DNA from: Callorhinchus milii
Lineage: Eukaryota
NCBI RefSeq assembly: GCF_018977255.1
Contig: NW_024704742.1
Location: 115,074,001-115,138,000 of the forward strand
Length of the DNA: 64,000 nt
Direction of reading: 5' to 3'
Position 1 is the stretch's first letter. Each line of letters opens with the position of its first letter. The notes beneath the pieces are model-generated. The model saw nothing but the letters and a program-made list of their open reading frames with translations, did not search any database and was not told the origin of the DNA. A program made the translations under genes and the position numbers. Below, in pieces: positions 31,901 to 43,974 of the stretch.

Positions 31901-34900
31901 ATAGATCCCAAAGTGGTAACACTCTAGTTTTAGTATTTTCCAGTGTCCTAATGGTATGCTGCTTCATACTTTTGTATCTTTTCATTCTTTTTATGCATAC
32001 ATAAACACAATTTATCTCATGACACGTGTGTGCACAAATACTCAATTCAGGTTCTTCATTGGAGCAAAATCAGCTGTCATTCAGCAAAAGAAAAATTCTA
32101 GCCAAAGCAGGCACATTTTCAAAAGGAAAACTAAAAGGAAAGGCATCTGAGAAGGGAGACTGCCTGCAAGCAATTGGAAACAAGGATCCTTGTCTCTTTC
32201 TGTTTCGAGCACTGGGGAAAATACTTTACTGTAAACGTAAGTTGGACAAGTTTTGTTGGAGTGCAGTTTTGAGGCGAGAAAGTTGGCAAGAAGGAAAAAA
32301 ATAATCATCTCCTATTGCAATTCACAAATCAATTTTCTATTGTGCTTTTTACTTTTCTAATACCTGTTATCTATCATCAATGAATTTCCATAGAATATCC
32401 AATCAATATGGAGCTGTAGAATTGTCTTAAGAAAAAAATGTCTGCGACTTGACACATTTTGTTACAAGTTTTTTTTACCACTAGGTGGGAGAATTCCATT
32501 GAAAGTGGCGTGATCAGAATTTGTTTTCTGTGTTTTCAAAATTCAAGTGCAGGGGAGGGAAATTTATATAGTTTTCTTCAAGTTAAAGATCCTAAACCAG
32601 TCCCCCAAATAAAATTGCTGTATGCAAAATTGGCTGCCACGTTCGCCTGCAAAATACACAACCACTCCCCTTCATAGCAAAATTCTGTGATGCACTTTGA
32701 AACATTTCAACAACAAGCTTTTTAGCAAATGCAAGGATTATTGTACAATTATTTTTTTGAGAAAAGCATTTCAGTACAAAGATGGAGTAGAATATTAATA
32801 ACTGACAAAATAAAAACAGATTCCCTTATTTTGAAGGAGAGGCACCAAATGGTGTGGATTTGAATGATTTACCAACTCATCTATCTGAACATGAGAGGGA
32901 TCCACTGCTAGTTAATCCTGAGGTAAGATTAATCATTGTCCAATGCTTTGCTTAAGCAGGGAGACCACATACGGTATATCCGAATTTGAGATCTCAAATC
33001 TACAAGCGTCGGCTGTGACTTTAAGTGTGCTCAACAATGCCGTGCTCCCATCTCCAGTGACAGTTAGCAGGGATTCTCTTTGTGGAGATTTACTGCCTGG
33101 CAGATTATGTGTTAGTGCCAGGTGGGCTGCCTTCTTAGGTGAAGCAGCAGCACAAATTTGAGAAGATTCAAATGAGATAAAAGCAGTCATTGGTGACGAC
33201 GAATCATTATTTGTGATCACTTGTCCACCTTTCATTTCAGGAAGTAATTGAAAATTCACATATGTCTGCAGAGTTGTTCAATCTTTACCTTCACCAAAAC
33301 TACCTTGATTTCTTCAAAGAAATAGAGGATGTTGTTCGAGCAAGTGATTATCTAAGTGATGCAAACTTCTTGATAGCAGACTGGAATGTAAGTAACGGGT
33401 TACTCCGTGACATGAAGCAATATCACAATAATATGCCTATGCAATGGGTATTTGGATGGTTTAAAGTATAAAAGTGAAAGTAATAATCCTTGCATTTGAT
33501 ATAGCGCCTTATGTGGTTGAGACGTCTCAAAGCACTTCACAAAACACTAACTGTCCAGCGCCTTGGGATGTCCTCCCGATGTGAAACGCACTATACTGGA
33601 GTCCTATAGCTCAGTGGTTAGAGCACTCGCTTTGCAAGTGAGAGACCTGAGTTCAATTCCAGGCAGGGCGAAACCTTGGGCAAGTTTCCTTACTCCACAC
33701 GCCTAATAATAATCCCTCCAAAAAAAAACAATGATAAAATTGGTCATTTTCAATCCATGACTGTTTGTGGGACATTGCTGTGCGCAATTGGCTGCCGCGT
33801 TCGCCCACAAATATACAGTCAATTCACTTTACAGTATATTCTGTGAAGCGCTTTGGGACGTCTAGAAGACGTGAAAGGCGCTATATCAAATGCAAGGATT
33901 ATTATTATTTATTATTATAAATGTAATTTTGTTGTACTGCTAGGCAACTAGGATGTGTGGAGTAAGGTTTCACCACCGCCCGGGAATCGAATCCGGATCC
34001 TCTCGCAAGCGCACTGTCCACTACCCTACGTGACGGATACAGATATCTCTGTAATTTTCTTTCCCTCAAAAAGTTTCTGCTTTAATTGAACTTACTTGAC
34101 CAAGTTCAGAATCTCAAATATAGCTTAATTTCATATATTTAGCAGTTGCCCTACCTTTCCCTTGTTTTCTGAATGGAAAATTTGAAGAGAAATTCTTTGG
34201 GTGATGTATGAAGGTGTTTCAGGCATTTATCATTTATCTGATTCCTACCAGCAGCGTTCAGTTCTGACTAAAGGTCATAGACCTGAAACATTAACTTATT
34301 TTCCTCTCTGCATAGATGCTGCATGACCTGCTGCGTGTTCCCAATGACTTCTGTTTTATGTGAATATCAATGTGTTCTCTATACCTCTGTGAGCTCTAAT
34401 TTGTATGGCTCAATTTCACTCAAGTCAGTAGCTTTAACTACTTTTAATGGATGGCATATTGTTCTGAAAATGCAGAGCCAGAGAATACCCAAATTTTTAA
34501 ATGTAAAAATTAAATCTTGCAAGTGTTGGTCATTTTGAAGTCTCTCTTATATGTTGGGTTTTGCAACGCCTAATATTTCCCTTCTCTTTTGCATGATTTT
34601 ATAGCATCATTCCACCATGATGACGTACAGTGCATCTGTAGCAACTCGAGGCATAATCCATGCAAACACAGCTCGAGCTCGGGCTAACTGCCAGGGAGGA
34701 ATTGGCTTTAAACCTTTTCACAAACCACAGTGGTTGTTGATAAATAAAAAGGTATGGCTGAAGAGCTGATTGTGTGGCTGAACAATTCATATCAGATTCA
34801 GTTTGGGATTGTTTTTTCCAAATTCTGTTTACATGTTTTGAGGTTTGAAGTAATTGATCACCAATGCACATGATATACACTTTTCCTGTTGTAGGTTATC

Positions 34901-37900
34901 AAATCTATGACTTGTTATTATTGTAACATTCCTTTTTATTTCACACAAGTTGAACAATGTGCCAAATCCTAAGGTGCTGGACAGTCTAGGGTTTGCAACA
35001 GAGCTTTGGGGGTGGGGGGGGACACAGGGGGCCGTGAGGGGAGGGGGGAAAGATGGCCGAAAGCATGGTTAAAGAGGAAGGTCTTGAGACAGATCTTGAT
35101 GTGCATTGCACTTGTCTGATTTACATGGATTGTACAACACGGAAACAGGCCATTTGGCCCAACTAGTCTGTGCAGGTGTTTATACTTACCATAACTCTTC
35201 GCCTGTTCCTTACTCCCTCCCTTAACCTTCTATTCCCTTCTCACTCATGTATCTTATTTAAATCTCAGTTGTGGGGTTCAGATGATGTATAAATAAATGC
35301 CCTCTTCATAACTGCTCATTTGAACTAATTTCCTGGCATACTGTAATACTGCTTCCTGTAAAACCGCCTGATCACTCAAAGTTAAAGTGCTTGTTTGTCT
35401 TTCTGTTGCAGTACCATGAGAACTGCAATGCAGCCAAAGGCTTTTTTTCAAATTTCTGTTTAGCACCAATATGTCTTCAGACTCAGTTGTTGCCATACCT
35501 TGCTCTGCTGACAAACCCCATGAGAAATCAAGGTAAGAAATGTGCAATAACAACACATGATATCCCCACCTAACAGTAATCATTCTGAAAATCTGTGAAG
35601 TTGTAATAGGTGAAAACATAACCTCACAGTTTTTGATCGTTCCTCTGTCATAATTCAATTTCAGAACACAATCACAGAATTTAAAGTCCCAATATAGTTT
35701 TAATTATCTTTGGCTTCTCCCATCTTCTCCCTGCTGTATTGAAGACACTGACATAGGCTGGGAATCGGCTCCTCAGGCCCCTTTCCTTTCATATCTAACT
35801 TTGTTAATGATACGAAGCTAAGTGTTGTAAATTGTGAAAAGAATAGAAAAAGGAACATAGATTGATTAAGTGGAACTATGGGCAATGTAGCAAAGTACAG
35901 TAGAACCCATTATAACCCAATAGTTGAGGTCCATAAAATCACTATCATCCTTGAAATAAGGCCCAATATTGGTCAGCAATTGTGCATCATGACCAATCAC
36001 ATAATATAGCACATAGATATTGAAGTTATTGGGTCCTGATGATTCAAATCTTACACACTGTGTTATAATAGGTCTGCATTATGGCCCCACTACCACCTCA
36101 CTGCTGACATTCTTTTTGATATGTTTAGTATGGTATGTTCTGGTTGCCAACCAAACAAACCAGCAGTGTACCAAACTTCAGTAACGGCAGGTCCACAAGG
36201 GACTATGGTTATAGTTGTACTCCAGCAAAATAGTTTATAACAGCATCACTCTATACTCCCCTCGAAAGCATGAAAAGCTGTAGACCTAACACCACTTCTT
36301 GGGGGACACCAATTTGTCAATGTCTGCTAACCGGGCATTGTTTCTCAGATTTCCACCTCCCAATTCATTTCCTATATGGGCCGCAAGATTGCCTTCAATT
36401 CCATTCAACTTCATTTTAGCTAATAATCATTTAAAACAAAAAAAAATAATAAATTGGTCATTTTCAATCTACGACTGTTTGTGGGACATTGCTGTGTGCA
36501 ATTGGCTGCCGCGTTTGCCCACAAATATACAGTCAATTCACTTTACAGTATATTCTGTGAAGCACTTTGGGACGTCTAGAAGACGTGAAAAGCGCTATAT
36601 CAAATGCAAGGATTATTATTATGTAGTATATAAGGGATTACTAGCTAAAATTAGCAAGCTTTTTTTAATTTGATCCACAGTTTAGATAGGACAAAGCAAT
36701 TTGGAAAGATTTCTTTATCCATTGTTTACTTGGAGATGAATTGTAAGATTGAAGGAGCTAAATTTCTTGCAATAACACAGAGAATGTGCTATTGTGAAAA
36801 TTAGGTTTATGAATTGTTATTATATGGTCGAGAGTTAACAAAAATATTTCTGTTTTATGCACAGCCCAGATTAATTTTATCCAAGATGTGGGAACGTTTC
36901 CTTTTAAAAGATACCCTGCTAGGTATGTGAAGCATTTATACTCCAGTTATTAAAGTGTAACCATAATTTAGGGCTTGCCTCTGCACCCATTCTGCTTCAA
37001 ACCCCTCATGTTTAACTGGATTTCTAAAGCTACAAACAACCACCACAAAATTACATTTGTATAGTGCCTTTCAGGTCAGGAGGACGTCCCAAGGCGCTGG
37101 ACAGTGTACAGTGTTTCAGACCCGAGCTGGGGGTCGGGATCGGGGAGGGTGAAGGGCAGGGGAGGAAGGAGGGTGATCGAAGACACGGTTGAAGAGGATG
37201 GTCGGGTGAGGCGGGGGAATGTAAAGCAGGCTGGAGCCCACTGAGCAGAGGGAGTGGGCAGGTTGGTAGGGGGTTAGGAGGTCGTAGAGGTAGGGGGGAG
37301 CAAGACCATGGAGGGCTTTGAAGGTGAGGACCAGGACCTTGAACTGTATCCTCTGTGTGATGGGAGCCCAGTGGAGTTGGGTGAGGATGGGGGTTATTCA
37401 GGTCACGGAACCTGGTGTGGAAGAGGATGTGGGCTGCAGAGTTCTGGATGATCTGCAGCCTATTGAAGGAGGAGTTGGGGAGGCCAACAAGTAGGGAGTT
37501 TGCATAGTCAAGCCTAGATGTTATGAATGTGTGTATGAGTGTTTCGGTGGCCCGTGGTGTGAGACATAGAATAAATCAATAAGGAACTTGGTTTTGCAGT
37601 AATTTTTTGTTTCATCAACTGAACTATTAAATTTGTCAAAGGCACTATGTAAATGTATATTTTTTTAAATAGTGTGTGAAAAAAAATTCAAGTTCTGGAG
37701 ATATATTTGAGCTAAGTCTGGCATTCTGGTTATTTTTCTGATTTTCATTGTACTTCAACTTAACTTGTAATAGCAATGTAGAGAAAAACAAGGGAGTGTT
37801 TTAACTGCTCTTATCACTAAATGTTTTCATATTTAATGTATGTTTACTTTGGCAACAGTTGGTACTTTTGATTCCAAGAATATCAATTGTTCTGTCAGAT

Positions 37901-38409
37901 AGAATTCTGTAAATCATTCAGAATTAAAACTAAATCAAGCTATATAAATGCTGAAAAACACTAAACATTTAAAAGGTTCCAATTTCTGAATATTTTTCCA
38001 CAAAAAGAAAGCAACCCCTGTTTTCACAAAAGTTTAAACAATATTCTGAAATTTCCATCAATAGAAGTGACCTACATTAAATATTAAAATACAAAATCTT
38101 TTCACAATCTGCACAGTAACTCGTCAGTGTTAAAACCCATGAGAATAGCTGCTGGTTAATATTTGTTTCTCTCTTTTTTTAAGACTAACATTGGAGACTT
38201 TAACAGATAAAGATCCTGGAATTATGGAATTGGATAATGATGAGAATTTTTCTTTGGCAACATCATCAGTGGGGATGGAGACCCAGAATTCCGCTGTGTC
38301 AGCAAGCCAGACTGGTAGTGGAGATCTACCAAACAGCCAACCACAACCTACCATAACACAATCCATTCTTGAAGAGGAATTCATAATAGAGGAATATGAT
38401 AGTGATTAA
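22933..38409 (+). CDS. RAD17: Cell cycle checkpoint clamp loader RAD17, 16 coding exons, 677 aa
   Basis: Exons (listed individually below) total 2034 nt in frame. PWVDEYIP, ELAVHKKK, Walker A GPSGAGKT, KYNKL, ILVED, GDIR.AIN.LQF, LFRALGKILYCKR and C-terminal IEEYDSD match the recalled RAD17 sequence. Confidence 0.97.
24131..24960 (-). mobile_element. Degraded L2 3' fragment with a second L2 tail
   Basis: [27 protein letters not shown]; tails at ~24131 and ~24235. Confidence 0.8.
25165..25449 (+). CDS. RAD17: RAD17 coding exon 2 (LTNWVQPAFDDF...EPWVDEYIPRTQ)
   Basis: 285 nt, AG/GT. Confidence 0.93.
26020..26100 (+). CDS. RAD17: RAD17 coding exon 3 (SELAVHKKKIEEVENWLK...)
   Basis: 81 nt, AG/GT. 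Confidence 0.95.
26400..26960 (+). mobile_element. Degraded L2 3' fragment (different subfamily tail, ATAAGTGCAAGTT)
   Basis: [36 protein letters not shown]. Confidence 0.8.
27264..27420 (+). CDS. RAD17: RAD17 coding exon 4 (Walker A, ILLLTGPSGAGKT)
   Basis: 157 nt, AG/GT. Confidence 0.95.
28474..28610 (+). CDS. RAD17: RAD17 coding exon 5 (EFLLRANKYNKLQMLGD...VILVE)
   Basis: 137 nt, AG/GT. Confidence 0.95.
29361..29413 (+). CDS. RAD17: RAD17 coding exon 6 (DIPNQFYRDPSCMHEVLR)
   Basis: 53 nt, AG/GT. Confidence 0.95.
30120..30245 (+). CDS. RAD17: RAD17 coding exon 7 (RFVQTARCPLVFIISDS...YNIS), GC donor
   Basis: 126 nt; AG|GCAAGT donor required for the frame. Confidence 0.92.
30557..30626 (+). 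CDS. RAD17: RAD17 coding exon 8 (FNPVAPTNMMKVLNRI...)
   Basis: 70 nt, AG/GT. Confidence 0.94.
31020..31294 (+). mobile_element. tRNA-derived SINE ending ~11 nt before RAD17 coding exon 9
   Basis: GGAGTCCTGTAGCTCCGTGGTTAGAGCACT head (anticodon arm deleted); tail AAATGCAAGGATTATTAT. Confidence 0.88.
31306..31417 (+). CDS. RAD17: RAD17 coding exon 9 (SGGKTVAPDK...GDIRCAINSLQF)
   Basis: 112 nt, AG/GT. Confidence 0.94.
32051..32236 (+). CDS. RAD17: RAD17 coding exon 10 (...AIGNKDPCLFLFRALGKILYCK)
   Basis: 186 nt, AG/GT. Confidence 0.94.
32837..32922 (+). CDS. RAD17: RAD17 coding exon 11 (...LPTHLSEHERDPLLVNPE)
   Basis: 86 nt, AG/GT. Confidence 0.94.
33241..33387 (+). CDS. RAD17: RAD17 coding exon 12 (EVIENSHMSAELFNLYLHQNYLDFF...DWN)
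   Basis: 147 nt, AG/GT. Confidence 0.95.
33597..33917 (+). mobile_element. Full-length tRNA(Ala-TGC-like)-derived SINE nested in an L2 tail
   Basis: A box TAGCTCAGTGG, anticodon loop TTTGCAA, B box GAGTTCAATTCC, (TTA)n tail; flanked by the two halves of an L2 tail. Confidence 0.9.
34605..34751 (+). CDS. RAD17: RAD17 coding exon 13 (...SVATRGIIHAN...FKPFHKPQWLLINKK)
   Basis: 147 nt, AG/GT. Confidence 0.95.
35412..35532 (+). CDS. RAD17: RAD17 coding exon 14 (YHENCNAAK...LQTQLLPYLALLTNPMRNQ)
   Basis: 121 nt, AG/GT. Confidence 0.95.
36865..36922 (+). CDS. RAD17: RAD17 coding exon 15 (AQINFIQDVGTFPFKRYPAR)
   Basis: 58 nt, AG/GT. Confidence 0.93.
37040..37560 (-). mobile_element. Degraded L2 3' fragment
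   Basis: Same tail and ORF2 C-terminal similarity as the other L2 copies. Confidence 0.8.
38184..38409 (+). CDS. RAD17: RAD17 last coding exon (LTLETLTDKD...ASQTGSGDLPNSQ...IIEEYDSD*)
   Basis: 226 nt to TAA; candidate polyA signals at ~40063 and 40282. Confidence 0.95.
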
Positions 38410-38699
38410 GACTTGCTTTTGGCTTGTGTTTTTGAAGTGTACAAATATTTATTTTTTTCAGATGTCTGGAAACCCAAGTAAATAGCTGGTTAAAGCATTG
38501 TTTCAATAACACAAGTTTAGTGTCTGCTAAATCCACAATAACTGGAACAACCTATGTTTTTACAATCATATGGAGTGCCTTTGAATCATTGGAAATTTAC
38601 AGTTTCCTGTGTTTGCTTCACTAAGATCTACTGAAATGTTGCAGTCTTACTAAAAGACTCTATAAGAACAATTTATTTGAGTAACTGTACCAAAATAAT

Positions 38700-39105
38700 C
38701 AGAGCTTCAGCCTGGTCAGTTGATGGGATTCTTGAGTCAGAATGGTTGTGGATTTAAGATCCATATCAGGACTTAGAACTCAGTCTAGGCTGACATTCAA
38801 ATACAGTGCTTGGGGAGCACTGCTTTGATGGTGTTGTCCTTCACATGAGTTGTTAAACTGAGATTCAGTTTGCCTGTTCAGTTGCACATTAAAGATCCTG
38901 TGGAACTATTTGAAAAATTCAGTGTCCTAACCAACAATTCCCCAGATAAAATTGGTTAATCACTTCATGGCTGTTTATGGGACACTTCGTGCAAATTGGC
39001 TGCCATGTTCGTCTACAAAATGCAGTCACAAAACTTCACTGTGAATCCTTATTTTGAGATGGCTTCCTGAAGTGATAAGATGCTAGATAAATGCAATGAT
39101 ATTAT
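38700..39105 (+). mobile_element. DeuSINE/SacSINE-like element in the probable RAD17 3' UTR
   Basis: CTGAGTCAGAA-like head, TCTAGGCTGACA...CAGTGCT...ATGAGTTGTTAAACTGAG...TTAAAGATCC core and L2-type tail. Confidence 0.7.
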
Positions 39106-42100
39106 AAAATAATTTGTTTATTATGACTCACTGCAAAGTAAATGATTTTGTCTGATGGTTTTGAGGATTTGTCACAATTCTATCAAATGTTTTCTATGAA
39201 TTTTCATACATAATTTTGAACATTTGTATTGACCTTAAAGTTACTGAGTCAGTTTCCAAGTGCAGCTCTGCTTTGAACATGTATATGAAGTTTCTTTATC
39301 CAGATGCAGAGCCAAGAAGAAGAAAATTACTTATGTTTATATGCTTAGCAAACGTCTTCGTGAAGAGGACACAACAAAGTCTACAAAACACAAATAATTT
39401 ATGCTTTAATAGGATGTACAGTTGCCATTTTTACTAGTTGGCTGTAGAATTCACAAAATTAACCTGTTAATGCTATTAAATTACCAGTACGGTTGCTACT
39501 TCACATGTTTTTATGCTTAAGTAAGTGTTTTTCAGAGTACACCAAAACATGACTTATTAACATAAGATAAATCACATTCAGCTTGCATGCATTTTATTCC
39601 CAATTTTCTACTGAAGCTGTTAATGTATGGTGGGATATGGATCCATGCGCACCTCTGGTACATTTGTCATATGTAAATCTGGGTGTGGTAGGGGGCCATT
39701 GAGAGAGACATTGAAACATTATTATAAAGCTCAATCCTCCATCAGCATCAAAGGTTGAGCATTCCTGCAGAGTTAGTTGGAAAGCATCGGGAGCTAGAAT
39801 CCTGTCCTATCTTTATTATTCCATATCTAATTCAATGCTAAGATAGTTTAGTATCAGTGTTGCCAACTGGCAACCTTCCTTAGGTCTGCTAAATGCACAG
39901 ACTGGGAATCAAATGTGCAACCCTTTGCCTTGTTACATCAGGCTGCAGCTTTATCCATTGACGGCCAGGGAAGCTGCATGTGTTCAGTTTCTTCTGTTGT
40001 CTATATATTAACCCTGTTTTATGGACCAGTTTATTTGGTACATCCCATAGCACATTTCCTTTAATAAAATGAGAGTACAGAACAAATGGAACTGCCAATT
40101 GCAGTTACATAGTCAATGCTTATATTAATTTAAAGGTATTTTTAAAATATATCTTTAATGCTAAATGTTCATGTGTATTCTAAAAGCCGCATTCCTACAG
40201 GATTTATACAGGGTTAAAAAGCAGTATACATCAAGATTAGGTAAAGTTGTGTTGCACATAGCTTTAAAAAAATATGTACAGAATAAAATAGTTTTAAGTT
40301 GAAAGATGTTTAGTTATTGAGAAAGGATTAAAGAGCTTTCAATCATAGAAATATCTACATTCAGATCTTTGCCATGGTTGTCCTCATTTATTTTAAAATG
40401 AGGCTACCACAAGGTGTCACAGTGGTTAGGTTGTGTCCATGGAGGATTCAAAGATTGAACCTAGTTAAGATAACTGTAGTTACTTTAACACTGAGGAAAT
40501 CCCATTCTAAATGGACATTTCCAAGTAGCTTCACTTGATCACTCCTTCCCCTTTTATTTCCCTTTTCCCTCTCACACTCTCCTCGAGGATTTTCCTACAC
40601 CTACAGACCATCCCTGTCTGAGAGTGTTCCTGTGCTTGTGGCTGTGTGATTCGGTTACTCAGGGGTGCCTTTGTTGCTTCTCGCTAGTGGAACCTTGATG
40701 TTATTACCTTGATATGTGCCTTTGCAAAACTGTGTCCCTTGCGATCAGGAGGGGTGAGGGGAGGGCAAAGAAAACAAGTAGGTTTCTTTTCTAGCACTTT
40801 ACTGTTTGTGTTTTTCGTGCTTTTCAAGACCCATTCGTGTTAATAAAAAAGACAACTGACCATTGAGAATGCACAACAGGTTTGACAGAACAATTGGTAA
40901 CGGCTAATATTTTTGAATTGACCCTTCGGGGAGGCTGACAAAATAGTATGGGGGAAGTAAAGATTAGGGGGTGACTGCTGTTTAAACGCTGGCATGGAGC
41001 AGTTGGGCTGAATGGTCTGTTTCCATGCTGTGCAATCCATGAGTTCATTAGCAATATTATTGAGAAATTGAGAACCCAGGTGAAGGTTTAAGAACACAAT
41101 GTTCAGTATGCTTCCCAAGAGTGAAAAGAAGTAATGGGGGAACGTGAGGTTTAAAAGCTTGGTTCACTTCACATTTCACAGTTTATTTTATGAAGATGAA
41201 AGGTTCCAATGATGATTAATTTCACAGTGGCTCCCGTGCTGGTCCTCATCTCATTCAACTCTTTGCAGTGCTGTCAGGCAGTTAAATACAGTGTGGATTT
41301 GCCTTTCATTTGTCTCCCAATTTGTTGTGAAGTGAAGTGTCGCATGACCTGAGTAAACTATGCCTCTATTACACAGGGCAACACCCATTAAAATCTGTAA
41401 ATAGGCCAGAAAGTGTTGGCTCTAAATATAAACAGTTGATTTTTATGGAGCTGAAAGAAAGCTGCTGAATTGTATGAAGGGCAAATAGAGCTGACCTGTC
41501 ATATTTTAAAATGAATGTGTATGCCACAGTTGTCAACGGGGAATACTGGTCAGTCAGAGGACAATAGTACCATATAAAAGAAAATAATGCTACTGTCCTT
41601 TATTCTTGGGGTGGACCAGAATTAAAGCAAAACTACTTCTAGGAAGAGGTAGAATTCTGCTTCCCACTCGGGTGAAATTCCTCCATTCCCTTTGTTCCTC
41701 TATTACTACAACAACAACAAGATTCCTATTAGTGACTTGTACCTCTTGCCTCACCTTTTAAAAAGAAACATAACTGCAAACCTAAACCTTTCATGTAACC
41801 CCCAAGAAAGAACAAACTTGCAACTTTAAGAGATGAGCAGTCTGAGACTTTATCCTGTATGAACAATGTTATATACATGCAAGCTGCTGTATTTATATTG
41901 CCTTATCACACCTCAAAATCCTCACCAAGTGACATTACTATTTTAGACACAGAACAGTCTCACAAATGGCTTTAAGTAAATGACCAACTAGAGGATTGTT
42001 AGCCAGGATATTGGGAGAAACTGCCTCTCTGTGAGGCAATTTAGTGCTTCCCAAATACTCCACTGCAATACCCGGTCCAGACAATAATCTCAAGTCCCAA

Positions 42101-43289
42101 TGTGGAGCTCGAATCCAAAACTTTCTGACCCAGAGATCAGAGTGTTATCACTTCCACCACCACAGAGAGAAAAGGTTCCTAATCTTTAGTTTCTCTTCAG
42201 GACAGTTTTGAATCTCTATCCTACAATTAACAGAATGTTGTACCAATTGAGAAGCCTCAAAGTTCAGCTTCAGGCTATTAAATTCCTATTAAACTGAATG
42301 CAAAACAGAATTCCCAATGCTCATCCAAAACTTTAAAAAAAATTGTTTTGGTACAGTGGCTTCTTGTCAAAATGTCAAAGTGATTAATAGATTTTTTTTA
42401 TAAAGTGTAGAGCTGTGTAATTTATAGGCTTAATTTAGTGATAAACAATTGTTTAACTATTAAAAAAAAGTTCAAACAACTTCCTAGCAAAGCATCTAGC
42501 AATCCTGTTCTTTATTAATTTGCATCACACATGTCACTTCTTAAACATTAATTTGTTTCCTCACCAGGCAAATCAGTCACCTTACCATCAAAGTTAGTAT
42601 TCTTCATGCCAGTTGTGTAGGATTTTGTATCTATCCTCATTGAATTCAATCATCAATGCAGCTATTGAAAGATTTAAATTTCCCTTCAATAAAATATTAC
42701 CATCTTTCTATATAAGTTATTTCATCAGACGAGAGCTAATTGTTTTCATATTCTCACAGTCCCTTTATTGCTTTTTCCTCCTTGATTTTTAACCATCATT
42801 AGCTCTAATTTTAAATTATGTTCTGAATTTCCCCCAACTCAAGTAAATAGTCACTCCCCATTTATTTTGTAAACTGCCTTTATTATAATTAAAGAGCTTA
42901 ATCAGATCACTCATTAACCTCAGCTCTCGGGAACACAAAGTTCACTCAGCCTCTCGTCATAGCTGAAGCCCTTCATCCCAGATATCATTCCGGTTGAATT
43001 GTGGCTGGACCTCTTCCAAGAACAAATATATCCTTCATAAAGTGGGTGCCCAAGAAATGAACAATAGTCCAAATAACAACAACTTGCATTTATATAGCAC
43101 CCGTCACGCAGGTTAGTGTCCCAGAGAGGAGCACAAAGCCGAGCCAGAGGTGGGGGGAGGTGAACGAAGGCACGGTCGAAGAGGAAGGTCTTGAGGTGCG
43201 ACCTGAAGATGGGGAAGGGTACATCAAATGATGTCTGACCCCCCCAAAAAAAAATCTGTGCAATAACAGTTCAAGCGCAACATCCCTTT

Positions 43290-43900
43290 GACCCGAGTTT
43301 CAGTGCGTGGGCTGACTGACGGCGCGGCTGGTTTTGGTCTGGGAGTTGGGACAGAGCCGGAGCTTTGTGTTTGCAGCCCTCTGATGACGAAGGTATATTA
43401 CTGAGAGCCGCTCACCCACACCCACAGGCCGCGCCGCGCTGCGCCACTGATACCTGTGCAGGTGGTTTCGGCTCTGACGTTATCCCTGTGGGAGGGAGGG
43501 TGGGGTCCTGGTCACGTGATACGGTCCCTGAGGATTTCCGCCATTTTTAAAATTATGATTTTTTTAAAAAAAAGTCGCAAGTTTCAACAGGTGTGAAATA
43601 AGTGAGTGAGTGAGAGAGAGAGAGAGAACGAGGTGAGAGAGAGCCCGCGGAGCCCGCACTGATACACAGCAGCCAGAGCCCAGTCACTGAGACCAGGGGG
43701 ACAGTCTGCCGCTGACTCCATGTTGGCGACAGGTCCTGGGCTTGTGGTTTGAGGGAAAGGGGGCGGGCGGGCTGGGGGGGGGGGACGGGCGGGCTGGGGG
43801 GGGGGACGGGCGGGCGGGCTGGGGCTGGGGGGGGGGGGGGGCAGTGAGGGTTTGGGAGCGACATGGCTGGTGTGGAGGCCGGGATGGTGAGGGGGTTTTG
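43290..43900 (+). promoter_or_regulatory. MARVELD2: CpG-rich putative MARVELD2 promoter and non-coding first exon
   Basis: CpG-rich island ~3.3 kb upstream of the coding exon; CAGGTG at ~43459 and ~43588, TGACGT at ~43474, CACGTG at ~43513; candidate donor GTGAGT at ~43602; G-tracts at 43756-43845. Confidence 0.65.
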
Positions 43901-43974
43901 CTGTGGTGTTGGGGGTGACAGGACATCACACTCTTTTGTTAGAAGTGTGTGTTAAATACTGCGGCGAAACTGCT

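Noticed and set aside
33597..33675. tRNA-Ala gene
   Set aside because: The tRNA-like sequence is the head of a multi-copy SINE and continues into SINE body and tail; acceptor stem is not intact.
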